A stretch of DNA of 64,000 nucleotides from an uncultured Candidatus Rokubacteria bacterium (GCA_963762145.1 CAVXJS010000022.1:32001-96000), one strand, 5' to 3'. Shown: positions 47,532-57,739, counted from the stretch's first letter. The notes: generated from the letters alone by a model not told the origin. A program made the numbers and translations.

Positions 47532-48481
47532 GCCGGACGTCCCGACGCGCGGCGGCTCCGGAGCCAGCCCATGAGCCCGTTCGGCAGGAACGAGATGACC
47601 AGGATCAGGATCAGCCCGTAGAGCATGATGTCGGCCCCCGCCCGGCCGCGCAGCACCGCGCGCGTGATCTCGGAGATCGGCGTGAGCACGAAGGAGCCCA
47701 GGAGCGGGCCGGCCACCGTCCCGGCCCCGCCCACGATGGCGGGCAGCAGCCCGCCGATGGAGATGGCCGGCCCGAAGGTCAGGCTCGGATCGATGTAGGC
47801 GAAGTACTGCGCGTAGAAGGTCCCGCCCAGCGCGGTGAGGAAGGACGACACCGCCATCGCGGAGAGCTTGGTGGCGAGCGCGTTCACCCCGGAGGCCTCC
47901 GCCGCGTCCTCGTTCTCGCGGATCGCGGCCAGCGCGTAGCCCATGCGCGAGCGCTCGATGGCCCGGCAGATCAGGAGCGCGCCCAGCACCATCACCAGGA
48001 TCACGTAGTAGTAGGGCAGCTTGCCCGCGAAGAGGAACTGCAGCGGGGCCGAGCCCCGGCTCGGCACCACGAGGCCGAGCGAGGAGCCGACCGCCTTCCA
48101 GTTCACCGCCACAACCCGAAGCATCTCGGCGAACGCCAGGGTCACCAGGGAGAAATACGGGCCCCGGAGCCCGTACCGGAACGAGAGATAGCCCGCGAAG
48201 AGGCCGAACGCGGCGGCGAGCGCTCCGCCCGCGATCATGCCGAGCCAGGGGGTGACGCCGAGCTGGAGGAAGAGCAGGGTCGAGGTGTAGGCCCCGATCC
48301 CGAAGAAGGCGGCGTGACCGAAGGAGAACTGCCCGCCATACCCTCCGAGGATGTTCCAGCACGCTCCCAGATAGCCGAAGAACAGGATGCTGATCAGCAC
48401 CTCGAGCCCGTACTTGGGCAGAAACGGCGGGACCGCCACCAGCAGGGCCAGCCCGAGCGTGATGGCGAGTCTAGCGACCAC
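47528..48481 (-). CDS. Liv-type ABC permease (LivM-like)
   Basis: WNILGGYGGQFSFGH, LRGPYFSL, AIRENEDAA. Confidence 0.9.
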   Translation of the reverse strand: MVARLAITLGLALLVAVPPFLPKYGLEVLISILFFGYLGACWNILGGYGGQFSFGHAAFFGIGAYTSTLLFLQLGVTPWLGMIAGGALAAAFGLFAGYLSFRYGLRGPYFSLVTLAFAEMLRVVAVNWKAVGSSLGLVVPSRGSAPLQFLFAGKLPYYYVILVMVLGALLICRAIERSRMGYALAAIRENEDAAEASGVNALATKLSAMAVSSFLTALGGTFYAQYFAYIDPSLTFGPAISIGGLLPAIVGGAGTVAGPLLGSFVLTPISEITRAVLRGRAGADIMLYGLILILVISFLPNGLMGWLRSRRASGRPA

Positions 48482-49343
48482 GCCGTCCTCCGAACAACCC
48501 TTCCGGGCGCAGGAGCAGCACGATCACGAAGAGGCCGAACACCACGAGCTGCTTGAGCGAGCCGGGCAGGAAGGCGGCGCCCAGCGACTCGGCCAGCCCC
48601 ACGATGAAGCCGCCCAGGAGGGCGCCCAGGAAGTTCCCCATGCCACCCAGCACCACGACCACGAAGGCCATGATGTTGAAGCTCTCGCCCACGTCGGGCG
48701 CCACGTAGAAGAACGGCGTCACGAGCGCGCCCGCCACCGCCACGCACGCCGAGCCGATGCCGAAGGCCACCCCTCGGATGCGGGAGACGTCGATGCCGAC
48801 GAGCATCGCGCCCTCCGCTTCCTCGGAGAGCGCGCGGATGGCCTTGCCCGCGTCGGTCATGCGCAGGAAGGCCCACAGGGCGAGCGCGATCAGCACCGCC
48901 CCGACCGCCGCGATCAGCCGCGGCACCTCGACGAGCACGTCGGCCACCATGAACGACGCCCCCGAGTAAGCGACGCGCACGGTCCGGAAATCGCCCTGCC
49001 AGAGCACGAGGGCCAGGTTCTCGAAGAAGAGGGCCAGGCCCAGCGTGAGCAGGAGCTGGTTGTGCTCGGCCGCGGCGCGATTGGGCTCGATGACGATGCG
49101 CTGGATGAGGAAGCCGATGCCGAAGAAGAGCGGCCCGGTGACGAGGACCGAGAGGTACGGATCCACTCCCAGCAGCACGAAGAGCCAGTAGGAGGTATAC
49201 ATCCCGAGCATCATCACCGCGCCGTGGGCGAAGTTGATGATGCGCAGCACGCCGAAGACCAGCGAGAGCCCGCTCGCCACGAGCCCGTAGACGCCGCCGA
49301 GCAGCAGGCCGCTGACGACGGCCTGGAAGAAGAGCCAGGTCAC
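48471..49343 (-). CDS. Liv-type ABC permease (LivH-like)
   Basis: GLSLVFGVLRIINFAHG, VVVLGGMG. Confidence 0.9.
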   Translation of the reverse strand: MTWLFFQAVVSGLLLGGVYGLVASGLSLVFGVLRIINFAHGAVMMLGMYTSYWLFVLLGVDPYLSVLVTGPLFFGIGFLIQRIVIEPNRAAAEHNQLLLTLGLALFFENLALVLWQGDFRTVRVAYSGASFMVADVLVEVPRLIAAVGAVLIALALWAFLRMTDAGKAIRALSEEAEGAMLVGIDVSRIRGVAFGIGSACVAVAGALVTPFFYVAPDVGESFNIMAFVVVVLGGMGNFLGALLGGFIVGLAESLGAAFLPGSLKQLVVFGLFVIVLLLRPEGLFGGRRGR

Positions 49344-49353
49344 CTCGCGGGGA

Positions 49354-50595
49354 CTAGCCCTTCCACTTGGGGACCGGGAACACCGGCTTGGCCTCGACGA
49401 AGCGCGCGGGGCCCACCACCACCGGCTTGCCGCCCTGCACCTGCAGCAGCGCGGGGGTGGCGTTGACGTTCTCGCCTGCCTCGTCGAACTTGATCGCGTC
49501 CTGGGTCAGGATGTGGTCGGTGAGGTTGGTCTTGCTGATCGCGTCGCGGACCTTCTCGCGATCGGTCGAGCCCGCCCGCTCCAGCGCGTCCTTCAGCACG
49601 AACATGACCTGGTAGCCCTGCACGCCGTGGTTGGACATGACCGAGTTGAAGCGCTTCTGGTACGCCTCGAACACTGCGCGCGACCGCGGGCTCTGCGGGT
49701 TGTGCCAGTAGTTGCCGTCGAAGAGCTGCTCGGTGAGCTCTCGGTTCTCGGAGATGAACCGGGGATTGGAGTACGCCGCGTTGGCCAGGCCGACGAGGGC
49801 GTTGGCCCCGATGCGGAGCCTGGCCGCGGTCTCCGCGATGATCTTGGAGTCGCCGTAGTAGCCGCTGATCAGCAGCAGGTCGGGCCGCGTCGCCTTCACC
49901 TTGGACAGCTCGGCGGTGAAGTCGGGCGAGCGGAGGTTGTAGGGTACGCGCTGCACCAGCTCGTAGCCCATCTTGCCCGCGAAGGCCTCCACGTGGTTCC
50001 CCATGGTGGTGCCGAAGTTGCCGTCCTCGTGCATGATCGCGACGCGCTTGACCGGGGCGCCCGCGCTCTTGGCCATCTCGATCATGTTGCCCACCGTCAG
50101 GGTCGCCATCGCCCGCGCGTTGGGCTGCATCCGGAAGGAGTAGCGCAACCCGCCCTCGAGCACGTTGTCGGCCACCGTGGCCAGGAGCAGGAACGGAGTC
50201 TTGTTCTTCTCGGTGACCTGGCGGACCGAGAACGCGACGAGGCTCGAGAAGGGCCCGATGATCGCGGTGACACCCTGGTCGATCAGGCGCGCCGCCTCCG
50301 AGTTGCCCAGCTCGACCTTGTTCTGGGTATCGCCCGGGAGGAGGACGATCTGCGCCCCGCCGAGCGACTTGATGCCGCCCGCCCCGTTGATCTCGTCCAC
50401 CGCCTGCAGCAGCCCGTTGAGCGCGAGCTGCGCCTCGAACGCGAGCGGCCCCGTCACCGGGAGAATGTAGCCGACCTTCACCTCGCGGGATTGCGCGCGG
50501 AGGATCGCGGGCGCGACGAGGGTGGCGGCGCCCGCGGCACCGATGCTGGTGAGGAACCGGCGCCGGCCGATCCGCGTGGTGGTGTCGTTCGACAT
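49354..50595 (-). CDS. Liv-type ABC substrate-binding protein with Tat signal
   Basis: GRRRFL twin-arginine motif, APAILRAQ, KVGYILPVTG. SD GGAGG. Confidence 0.9.
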   Translation of the reverse strand: MSNDTTTRIGRRRFLTSIGAAGAATLVAPAILRAQSREVKVGYILPVTGPLAFEAQLALNGLLQAVDEINGAGGIKSLGGAQIVLLPGDTQNKVELGNSEAARLIDQGVTAIIGPFSSLVAFSVRQVTEKNKTPFLLLATVADNVLEGGLRYSFRMQPNARAMATLTVGNMIEMAKSAGAPVKRVAIMHEDGNFGTTMGNHVEAFAGKMGYELVQRVPYNLRSPDFTAELSKVKATRPDLLLISGYYGDSKIIAETAARLRIGANALVGLANAAYSNPRFISENRELTEQLFDGNYWHNPQSPRSRAVFEAYQKRFNSVMSNHGVQGYQVMFVLKDALERAGSTDREKVRDAISKTNLTDHILTQDAIKFDEAGENVNATPALLQVQGGKPVVVGPARFVEAKPVFPVPKWKG

Positions 50596-50635
50596 CGTGT
50601 CCTCCGGAGGGATTTCGAGTGGGTGGATGGCGGCG

Positions 50636-50664
50636 AGCCTAGCATCCACCTCCTACCCTGTCAA
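50636..50664 (-). promoter_or_regulatory. Sigma70 promoter of the ABC/amidase operon
   Basis: Minus strand TTGACA-17 nt-TAGGCT, with an extended TG. Confidence 0.8.
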
Positions 50665-51001
50665 CGCGCACGCCCTCTTCCGAGCGCGTGGAAACCGCCA
50701 CGACAGAAGCACGAATCCCCGTTGCGGAATCGCTCCATCGCGAACGCGAGCCTCGTGCCTCGCGCGACGACGCGCGCGAGATCGCGCGCGCGAACGATTG
50801 ATGAGCCCGCGCCGAGCCGGCCATCGCGGCCGTCTTCGCGCGCGGTCCTCCACCCGCGCTCGCGGTGAAGGTGGCGGCCGGGAATCGGCATCCTCGGACG
50901 TACGCTTCACGGTCTTCGGGGAGGGCCGCCGCCCTGCGCCACGACCGGCGACGGCCTGGTGCGTCGTGACGCAGGACGGCCGGGCCAGGCCGGCTGCCCG
51001 T

Positions 51002-51061
51002 TCATCCACAGCTATCCACAGGGTTTCCCGCATCCCCAGCCTACCCACATCTTGGGGATAA
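51002..51061. promoter_or_regulatory. DnaA-box-like cluster
   Basis: TCATCCACA (51002-10), CTATCCACA (51012-20), CTACCCACA (51041-49) and reverse TTATCCCCA (51053-61), each 1-2 mismatches from TTATCCACA. Confidence 0.65.
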
Positions 51062-51089
51062 CCTGGCTCAGGACCCCTACTCCTGGGGG
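51042..51089. promoter_or_regulatory. Tandem NrdR-box-like sites, 32 bp apart
   Basis: TACCCACATCTTGGGG (51042-57) and CCCCTACTCCTGGGGG (51074-89) against consensus acaCwAtATaTwGtgt. The second site is weaker. Confidence 0.45.
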
Positions 51090-51125
51090 GTGACGCAGTA
51101 CGGCCAGAAGCCGAAAAGGTACATG

Positions 51126-51154
51126 TTGACTGGGGTTTGCGCTTCGACTAGAGT
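51126..51154 (+). promoter_or_regulatory. Sigma70 promoter of the DGQHR gene
   Basis: TTGACT-17 nt-TAGAGT. SD GGAGG at 51190-94. Confidence 0.75.
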
Positions 51155-51205
51155 ACCCCCTGTTCCCCCGCTACATAGACCATCCCCACGGAGGCGGATC
51201 GGTTC

Positions 51206-52336
51206 ATGATCACGGTTCCCGCGCACCGCGTGAAACAGTTCGGGGTGGAGTTCTTTCAGGCGTCCTTCTCGGCCAAGGACATCGACCGCCTCGTGAAGTT
51301 CGAGGTCCTGGGCTACAGCGGGGCCGAGGAGCCCCCGAAGGGGAAGCAGCGCGCGAACCGAGCGCGGGTGAACTGGGAAGCGCTCGAGAAGCGGATCGGC
51401 GAGAGCGAGACCGCCTACCAGCGCCCGGTCATCCGACGGAAGATCGACGAGCTCGTGGGCTACTATCGCGATTGCAAGGACGCGGGGACCCTGCCCGCGA
51501 TTCCCGGCGCGGTGATCATCACCTCGGAGAAGCGCTTCACCTTCACGCCGATGGCGAGCCAGCACGACCTCGGCCTGCTGCAGATCCCGGAGGAGCACGG
51601 CGTGCTCCGCGTGCTGGACGGCCAGCATCGCCTGCTCGCGCTGCACGCGCTGACCCAGGCGGGGGAGAACCTCGGCATCGAGGTACCCGCGGTGCTGTTC
51701 GACCGACTGGACGCGCGCCAGATCGTCGAGCTGTTCGTCACCATCAATGCCAAGCACACGCGCCTCAATCCCTCGCACATCGTGAGCCTCGCCGGGCGCA
51801 AGCTCTACCCGGATCCCAACCAGGCTCTCGCTCACGACGTGATCCGCTCGCTGAACGAGGACGAGACCTCCCCGCTCGCGGGCGACATCAAGATGCTCGG
51901 CACCGGCCGCGGGCGCGTCTCGCAGGCCCCGCTCGCCGAGGAGATCGTGGACTTCCTGGACGCGGTCGAGAAGATCGGGGGCGGCGCGCGCATGAACGAG
52001 GTGCGCCACCACGCCAAGCGCTTCTTCCTGAACTACATGAAGGCGGTCGCGGGCGTGTTCCCGACCGCGTGGGCCGGCCGCAAGTACTCGATCAAGACCG
52101 GCGCAGCCCTGCGCGCGTTCATCCGCGTGGCGCCCGACGTCATGGCCCGCGCCCGGGAGCTCAAGCGCGACGCCTTCGACTTCCACGCCATCCGCGAGGC
52201 GGTGAAGCCCTGGGGTGACCGCCTCAAGGACCGCCGCTTCGAGACCGAGGGCGAGTGGAAGAACAAGCTGCAGGGCGGGACGCGGGGGACGGTCGAGGCG
52301 CTGACGCGGGAGCTGCGGGAGGCGCTGCGGAACTAG
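51206..52336 (+). CDS. DGQHR-domain protein (DndB-like, ParB/Srx superfamily), stand-alone
   Basis: YQRPVIRRKI, VLDGQHRLLAL, LFVTINAKHTRLNPS. Intact 376-aa ORF. Confidence 0.9.
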   Translation: MITVPAHRVKQFGVEFFQASFSAKDIDRLVKFEVLGYSGAEEPPKGKQRANRARVNWEALEKRIGESETAYQRPVIRRKIDELVGYYRDCKDAGTLPAIPGAVIITSEKRFTFTPMASQHDLGLLQIPEEHGVLRVLDGQHRLLALHALTQAGENLGIEVPAVLFDRLDARQIVELFVTINAKHTRLNPSHIVSLAGRKLYPDPNQALAHDVIRSLNEDETSPLAGDIKMLGTGRGRVSQAPLAEEIVDFLDAVEKIGGGARMNEVRHHAKRFFLNYMKAVAGVFPTAWAGRKYSIKTGAALRAFIRVAPDVMARARELKRDAFDFHAIREAVKPWGDRLKDRRFETEGEWKNKLQGGTRGTVEALTRELREALRN

Positions 52337-52422
52337 TTCGCTCCTGCCCGCGGAGGGCTGTCAGCCGTTTCGGCGCTGGCGCAACGCTGGCGCTTCGAGC
52401 TACCGGAAGCTTCCTTATCTAA

Positions 52423-52449
52423 TGCGGGGGCCCAGAAATGGCCCCCGCA
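52423..52449. terminator. Hairpin between the convergent DGQHR gene and greA
   Basis: TGCGGGGGCC-CAGAAAT-GGCCCCCGCA. Confidence 0.6.
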
Positions 52450-52473
52450 CTCCCCCAGTTGGCGGACAACCGT

Positions 52474-52959
52474 TTACTGCGGCGGCTCCAGCTTGAAGTT
52501 GGCCGCAAGGATATCGAAAGTCTTCTTGCCCGCCGGGAGCGTGGCGGTCACCGTGTCGCCGACCTTCTTGCCGATGATGGTGCGGGCGAGCGGGGACATG
52601 ATCGAGATCAGGCCGCGCTTGGGGTCCGCCTCGTCCGATCCCACGATCTGATAGATCGCCTCCTTGCCGTCCTCGTCCTCGAGCCGCACCGTGGAGCCGA
52701 AGGTGACCCGATCCCCGGAGGTCGGCGGATCGATCACCTCGGCGGTGCCGACCTTGGCCTCGAGATCCGAGATGCGCGCCTCGATGAAGCCCTGCCGCTC
52801 CCGCGCGGCATGATATTCCGCGTTCTCGCTGAGATCGCCGTGGGCCCGCGCTTCCGCGATGGCCCGCACGATGCTGGGGCGCTCCTTCTTGAGCCGCTCC
52901 ACTTCCTCCCGCAGGTGCTCGTAGCCCGGGCGCGTCATCGGCGTGCGCTGAACGCTCAT
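52474..52959 (-). CDS. greA: Transcription elongation factor GreA
   Basis: [33 protein letters not shown]. Confidence 0.95.
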   Translation of the reverse strand: MSVQRTPMTRPGYEHLREEVERLKKERPSIVRAIAEARAHGDLSENAEYHAARERQGFIEARISDLEAKVGTAEVIDPPTSGDRVTFGSTVRLEDEDGKEAIYQIVGSDEADPKRGLISIMSPLARTIIGKKVGDTVTATLPAGKKTFDILAANFKLEPPQ

Positions 52960-53510
52960 GACCCGATCACCTCATCGCTCCGCTTCACCTCGGCGAGGAA
53001 GCCGTTCAGGCTCCCCAGGTGCGTGCGGTGGACCTGATCGTGGGGGATGACCGCGCCGTCGGGCCCCTTGACGTCCATCGCCGCGGTGGCGTCGGATAGC
53101 AGGGTCACCTTGAAACCGCGATGCGCCGCTTCCCGGGTGGTGGTGTCGCAGCACATCTGGGTCATGAACCCGGAGACGATCACCCGCTCGATGCCGAGCT
53201 TCCGGAGCGCGGACTCGAGCGGCGTGTTCGTGAACGAGCCCGGGAGGTGCTTGGTGATCACCGGCTCGCCCGCCGCGGGGGACACCGCGTCGTGGATCGC
53301 GAGCGCCGGGCTGCCCGGCACGAAGGTGGCGGCGCCGGGCCGCTGGCTCTCGTGCACGATGTGGAAGACCGGCATCCGGCTCGCGCGCGCCCATCGCAGG
53401 GTCTCCGCGATGCGCGCCACCGCCTTCGGCCCGTCCGGCAGCACGACCTTGCCGATCGGGGCGAAGTACTCCCGCTGGGCATCGATGATGAGGAGCGCGG
53501 TCTTGTCCAT
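52956..53510 (-). CDS. Isochorismatase-family cysteine hydrolase
   Basis: [27 protein letters not shown]. Confidence 0.88.
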   Translation of the reverse strand: MDKTALLIIDAQREYFAPIGKVVLPDGPKAVARIAETLRWARASRMPVFHIVHESQRPGAATFVPGSPALAIHDAVSPAAGEPVITKHLPGSFTNTPLESALRKLGIERVIVSGFMTQMCCDTTTREAAHRGFKVTLLSDATAAMDVKGPDGAVIPHDQVHRTHLGSLNGFLAEVKRSDEVIGS

Positions 53511-53527
53511 CGCGGGGCCCTCGTCGT

Positions 53528-55448
53528 TCAGCGGGTGAGGGTGGCGGGCTGCCCGCCGACCTGAACCTTCGAATCCGCGAGCCGGCCCCGGATCCAGTTG
53601 TCCCACGCGAGCGCGCGCTTCTGCTCGAGCACCTGCTTTTCCAGCTCCGCGCGCTCCTTCTCGAGACCGTCGGGGGCGGCCGCCGTGCGCTCGAGCGTCT
53701 TGACCACGTAGACACCCCCGTCGGCGCGCACCGGCTCCGCGACCTGGCCCGCGGGCGTCTGCAGCGCGGCCACCAGCACGCCGCCGGGCAGGCTCCCCCG
53801 CTCCTTCGGTGGATCCGAGCGCGAGAACATCGGAATGCTCCCGGTGCTGAAGCCGTCGGCCTTGGCGGCCGCGCGCGAAATCACCGCCCTTGCCCAGGGC
53901 CGCCACCAGGGCCTTCGCCTTGTCGGTCACCTGCTGCTCGGCGCGCTCCCGCTTGATCGCTTCCACCACGCGATCCCGGATCTCCGCCACCGGCGGCACC
54001 CCGGCCGGGATCTGCTGCTCGATCTTGACGATCGCGATGCCGCCCGCGGTCTTGATCGGGGTGGAGACCCCGCCCACCGTGAGCCCGAAGAGGGTCTCGT
54101 CGAGCGCCGGATCGCGACCGGCCTCGCCGAGCGCGTCGCCGCGGCCGAAGGTGGCCTCGTGGGCGTCGAGGCCGAGCCGCTTGGCCTCGGCGCGGAAATC
54201 CTTGGCCGACAGCAGCGCGGCCCGCACCTCGTCGGCCCGCGTCTGCGCGGCCTGCTCGCTCTTCTGCGCGGTGAGCATCTCCTTGATCCTGGCCGCGACG
54301 TCCTTGAGCGGAGCCTGGCCCCCCTCCTTGATGTCGAGCACCCGGATCGCGTGATAGCCGAAGGGGGTGCGAACCGGAGCCGCCGAGATCTCACCCTTCT
54401 TGAGCGCGAAGGCGGCCTGCTCGAAGGGCGCCACCAGCTCCCCCGCCCCGACGAAGCCCAGGTCGCCGCCCTGGACCGCGCTGGCCTTGTCCTCGGAGAT
54501 CTCACGAGCGAGCTTGGCGAAGTCCTCGCCACCCTTCGCGCGCTTGATGACGTCCTCGACCTTCGCCTTCGCCGCGTTCTCCGCGTCGCTGCCTCCCACC
54601 GGGGGCACCCGCACGAGCACGTGGGACACCCGCAGGCGCTTCGGCTCGTCGAACTCGGCGGCGTGCTCCTTGTAGTAGGCTTCCACCTCCGCGTCCGACA
54701 CGGTGACCGCGGCCTTCTTGGGGCTCAGGATCACGTACAGCAGCTTCCGCCGCTCGGGCTGGCTGAACTGGGGCTGGTGCGCCTTCACGTAGGGCTCGAG
54801 GTCGGCGTCGGCCACCTGCACCGAGGCCATCACCGGCTTCACGTCCGCGTAGGCCCACGCCGCGCGCACTCGCTCGTGACGCTCCCGGTACGCGTGCTGG
54901 ACCTCCTCGTCGGATACCTTCACGCCCTGCTTGATCAGGCCTTCCATCTTGCGGCGCACGAGCTGCCGGCGAACCTCGTTCTCGAACTCGCCCGGATCGA
55001 GCCGAAGCTGCTTGAGCACCTTGATGTACTCGTCGCGCGAGAAGCGCCCGCCTTCCTGGAACTCCCGGATCTGCTGGATGGTGGTGCGCAGCTCGTCGTC
55101 GCTCACGAGCACGCCCTCCTTGACCGCGCCCTGGATCACCACCGCCTCGGTGACGAGCTCGTTGACCACCTGCTGCGAGACGCCGAGCCGCTCCGCGAGC
55201 TCGGGGGTGAGGCGCTGACGGGACATCCGCTCGTAGGCCGCGATGGTATTGGCCTGGGCGCGACGGAACCGCTCGAAGGGGATCTCCTCGCCGTTGACCA
55301 CCGCCACCGAGTTGCCGGGGACGCCGCTCGAGGGCCCACTGCCCCAGTAGAAGAGCACGCCCGAGGTCAGGATGAAGACCACGACGACGATCAGGAGCAC
55401 GATCTTCAAGCTCCTGGCATATTCGCGCATCATGCTGATCACTGCCAC
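53528..55448 (-). CDS. PpiD/SurA-like membrane-anchored peptidyl-prolyl isomerase (frameshift near 53870)
   Basis: N-terminal [11 protein letters not shown], parvulin domain VSHVLV...[14 protein letters not shown]...TPFGYH. Confidence 0.88.
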
Positions 55449-55519
55449 GACCTCCTAGGAATTGGTGAACGCGGTCGAGGCCTTAGCCTACCACAGCCCG
55501 GGAGGCGCCCCGGCCGGCC

Positions 55520-56905
55520 TCAGGCCTGGAGCAGGCGCTGGATCAGGGGCAGGGCGAAGTAGATGACGAAGGCGATCGCCGCCCCGTACATCATCGGCGC
55601 CACCTCGCGCCCGCGGCCGCGAACGAGCTTGATGAAGCAGTAGCTGACGAAGCCGGTCCCGATCCCGTTGGTGATCGAGTAGGTGAACGCCATCATGGTC
55701 AGGGTCAGGAGGGCGGGGAATCCCTCCTCGAAGTCGTCGAAGGGGATCTCGCGCACGAGTCGGCTCATGAGGTACCCGACCACGATGAGGGCCGGCGCGG
55801 TGGCCTGGGCCGGGACGACCCCGGCCAGCGGCGCGAGGAACAGCGCGAGGAGGAAGCAGACACCCGTCACCACCGAGGCCAGCCCGGTGCGCGCCCCCGC
55901 CGCGACGCCGGCCGCCGACTCGATGTAGGTCGTGGCCGACGAGGCGCCCGCCGCCCCGCCCGCCACCGCGCCCAGCGAATCCACCAGCAGCACCCGATTG
56001 AGCCGCGGCAGACGGCCGTCGGGGGTGAGCCAGCCCGCCTCGCCCCCGATCCCGATCACGGTGCCCATGGTGTCGAAGAAGTCCGAGAGCATCAGGGAGA
56101 AGATCGTGACCAGCGCGGTGATGAGGCCGAGGCGGACGAAGACGGAGAAATCGAAACCGGCGCCCACGCTCGAGAAGTCGGGCAGCGCCACCAGCGTCGT
56201 CGGCCACACCGCCTGTCCGGGCAGCGGAAAGGCGCGGCCCGCGGTGCCGGAGTTGACCGCGATGGCGAGCGCGGTGGTGGCCAGGATGCCGACCAGGAGC
56301 GCCCCGGTGAATCGTCGCGCGGTCAGCCAGACGGTCAGCAGCAGGCCGAAGAGCGCGACCGCCACCGGCGCGGCGGTGAGATCGCCCAGCGTGACCGGGA
56401 CGCCCGTCGGCCCCGGCTTCACGATGCCCGCCGCGCCGAGCCCGATGAAGAGGATGAACAGCCCGATGCCGACGCCGATGGCGCGCTTCAGGGTCGTCGG
56501 GATCGCGTGCATGATCGCCTCGCGGAATCCGGTGAGCACCAGCACCGTGATCACGAGCCCCTCGAGCAGCACCACGCCCATCGCGGCGGTCCACGGCAGC
56601 TTGAGCGTGGCCACGAGCTGGAAGGCGACCACCGCGTTGATCCCCATCCCGGAGGCGATCGCGAGCGGGTAATTCGTGGCCAACCCCATGGCGATGGTGA
56701 GCAGGCCCGCCACGAGGCAAGTCGCGGCCTGGGTGGCCGCGAACGACGGCCCCTGGCCCGCGAGCGCGGGGATGCCCGCGAACGAGAGGATCGCGGGATT
56801 CACGAAGATGATGTAGGCCATCACCATGAAGGTGGTGAGGCCGCCCCGGACCTCGCCCCCCACCGTCGCGCGCCGCCGGCTCAGCTCGAACCAGCGCTCG
56901 AGCAC
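55520..56905 (-). CDS. NCS2/AzgA-family purine permease
   Basis: GLTTFMVMAYIIFVNP, DFFDTMGT, TTYIESAAG, ARTGL. Confidence 0.9.
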   Translation of the reverse strand: MLERWFELSRRRATVGGEVRGGLTTFMVMAYIIFVNPAILSFAGIPALAGQGPSFAATQAATCLVAGLLTIAMGLATNYPLAIASGMGINAVVAFQLVATLKLPWTAAMGVVLLEGLVITVLVLTGFREAIMHAIPTTLKRAIGVGIGLFILFIGLGAAGIVKPGPTGVPVTLGDLTAAPVAVALFGLLLTVWLTARRFTGALLVGILATTALAIAVNSGTAGRAFPLPGQAVWPTTLVALPDFSSVGAGFDFSVFVRLGLITALVTIFSLMLSDFFDTMGTVIGIGGEAGWLTPDGRLPRLNRVLLVDSLGAVAGGAAGASSATTYIESAAGVAAGARTGLASVVTGVCFLLALFLAPLAGVVPAQATAPALIVVGYLMSRLVREIPFDDFEEGFPALLTLTMMAFTYSITNGIGTGFVSYCFIKLVRGRGREVAPMMYGAAIAFVIYFALPLIQRLLQA

Positions 56906-56908
56906 GGG

Positions 56909-57739
56909 TCAGTCGCTCTCCGGGTCCGCCACCCGCGGGAGCGCGACGCCCTCTTCCGGCACCACCCGCCGGGCCACCGTGAGGAACCCGGTGTGGGCGA
57001 CCATCCGGTGGAACGGCCGCACCGACGTGCCGTCGATGTTCCACGGCCGCAGCAGCGTCTCGAAGGTCTCCACGAGCGCGTAGCCGCGGTGGCGCCGGAG
57101 CGTCTCGGTGAGGGTGTGGGACTGGATGATCGTCGGCAGGTAGGACAGGAAGATCCCGCCCGGCCGCAACACGGTGGCCACCAGATCCACGAGCTTCCAG
57201 GGCTCCGGCAGGTCGAAGACCGCGCGATCCACCGGCTCCTCCTCGGGGAGCCCGTCCTCCACCGGGCGGATCCGCACGTTCAGATTGCCGACCTCGCCCA
57301 TGCGCAGGTGGATGTTGGCCAGCGCGCGGCGGCAGAAATCCTCGCGCTGCTCGTAGCTCACCACGCGGCCCTCGGGGCCGACCGCGCGCAACAGCGCGAG
57401 GGTGAGCGCGCCCGAGCCCATGCCGGCCTCGAGCACGCGGGCGCCCGGGAAGATGTCGGCCCAGAACATGACCATGGCCAGGTCCTTGGGATAGATCACC
57501 TGGGCGCCGCGCGGCATGTCGAGCACGTACTCTGCCAGCGTGGGACGCAGCGCGAGATACCGCGTGCCCTTGGAGGTGCGCACCCAGGAGCCGTCGGGGT
57601 GCCCGATGATGGCTTCGTGGGTCACCCAGCCCCGGTCGGAGTGGAAGGTGTCGCCCTTGCGGAGCAGCAGGAGATGCCGCCGACCGCGCTGGTCGATCAG
57701 CAGGACCTGCTCGCCGTCCTGAAACTTATCCAGCGCCAC
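56909..57739 (-). CDS. trmI: tRNA (adenine(58)-N1)-methyltransferase
   Basis: MPRGAQVIYPKD, LEAGMGSGAL, DLPEPW, HTGFL. Confidence 0.9.
   Translation of the reverse strand: MALDKFQDGEQVLLIDQRGRRHLLLLRKGDTFHSDRGWVTHEAIIGHPDGSWVRTSKGTRYLALRPTLAEYVLDMPRGAQVIYPKDLAMVMFWADIFPGARVLEAGMGSGALTLALLRAVGPEGRVVSYEQREDFCRRALANIHLRMGEVGNLNVRIRPVEDGLPEEEPVDRAVFDLPEPWKLVDLVATVLRPGGIFLSYLPTIIQSHTLTETLRRHRGYALVETFETLLRPWNIDGTSVRPFHRMVAHTGFLTVARRVVPEEGVALPRVADPESD

Noticed and set aside
50665-51205. Definitive oriC call
   Set aside because: No adjacent dnaA/dnaN, no AT-rich unwinding element or DnaA-trio run, and skew cannot be judged from this window. Kept only as a regulatory hypothesis.
52956-55448. Apparent PpiD-isochorismatase fusion (830 aa)
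   Set aside because: The true PpiD C-terminus is in another frame (53528..53884) and the linker is Arg/Gly-rich off-frame sequence.
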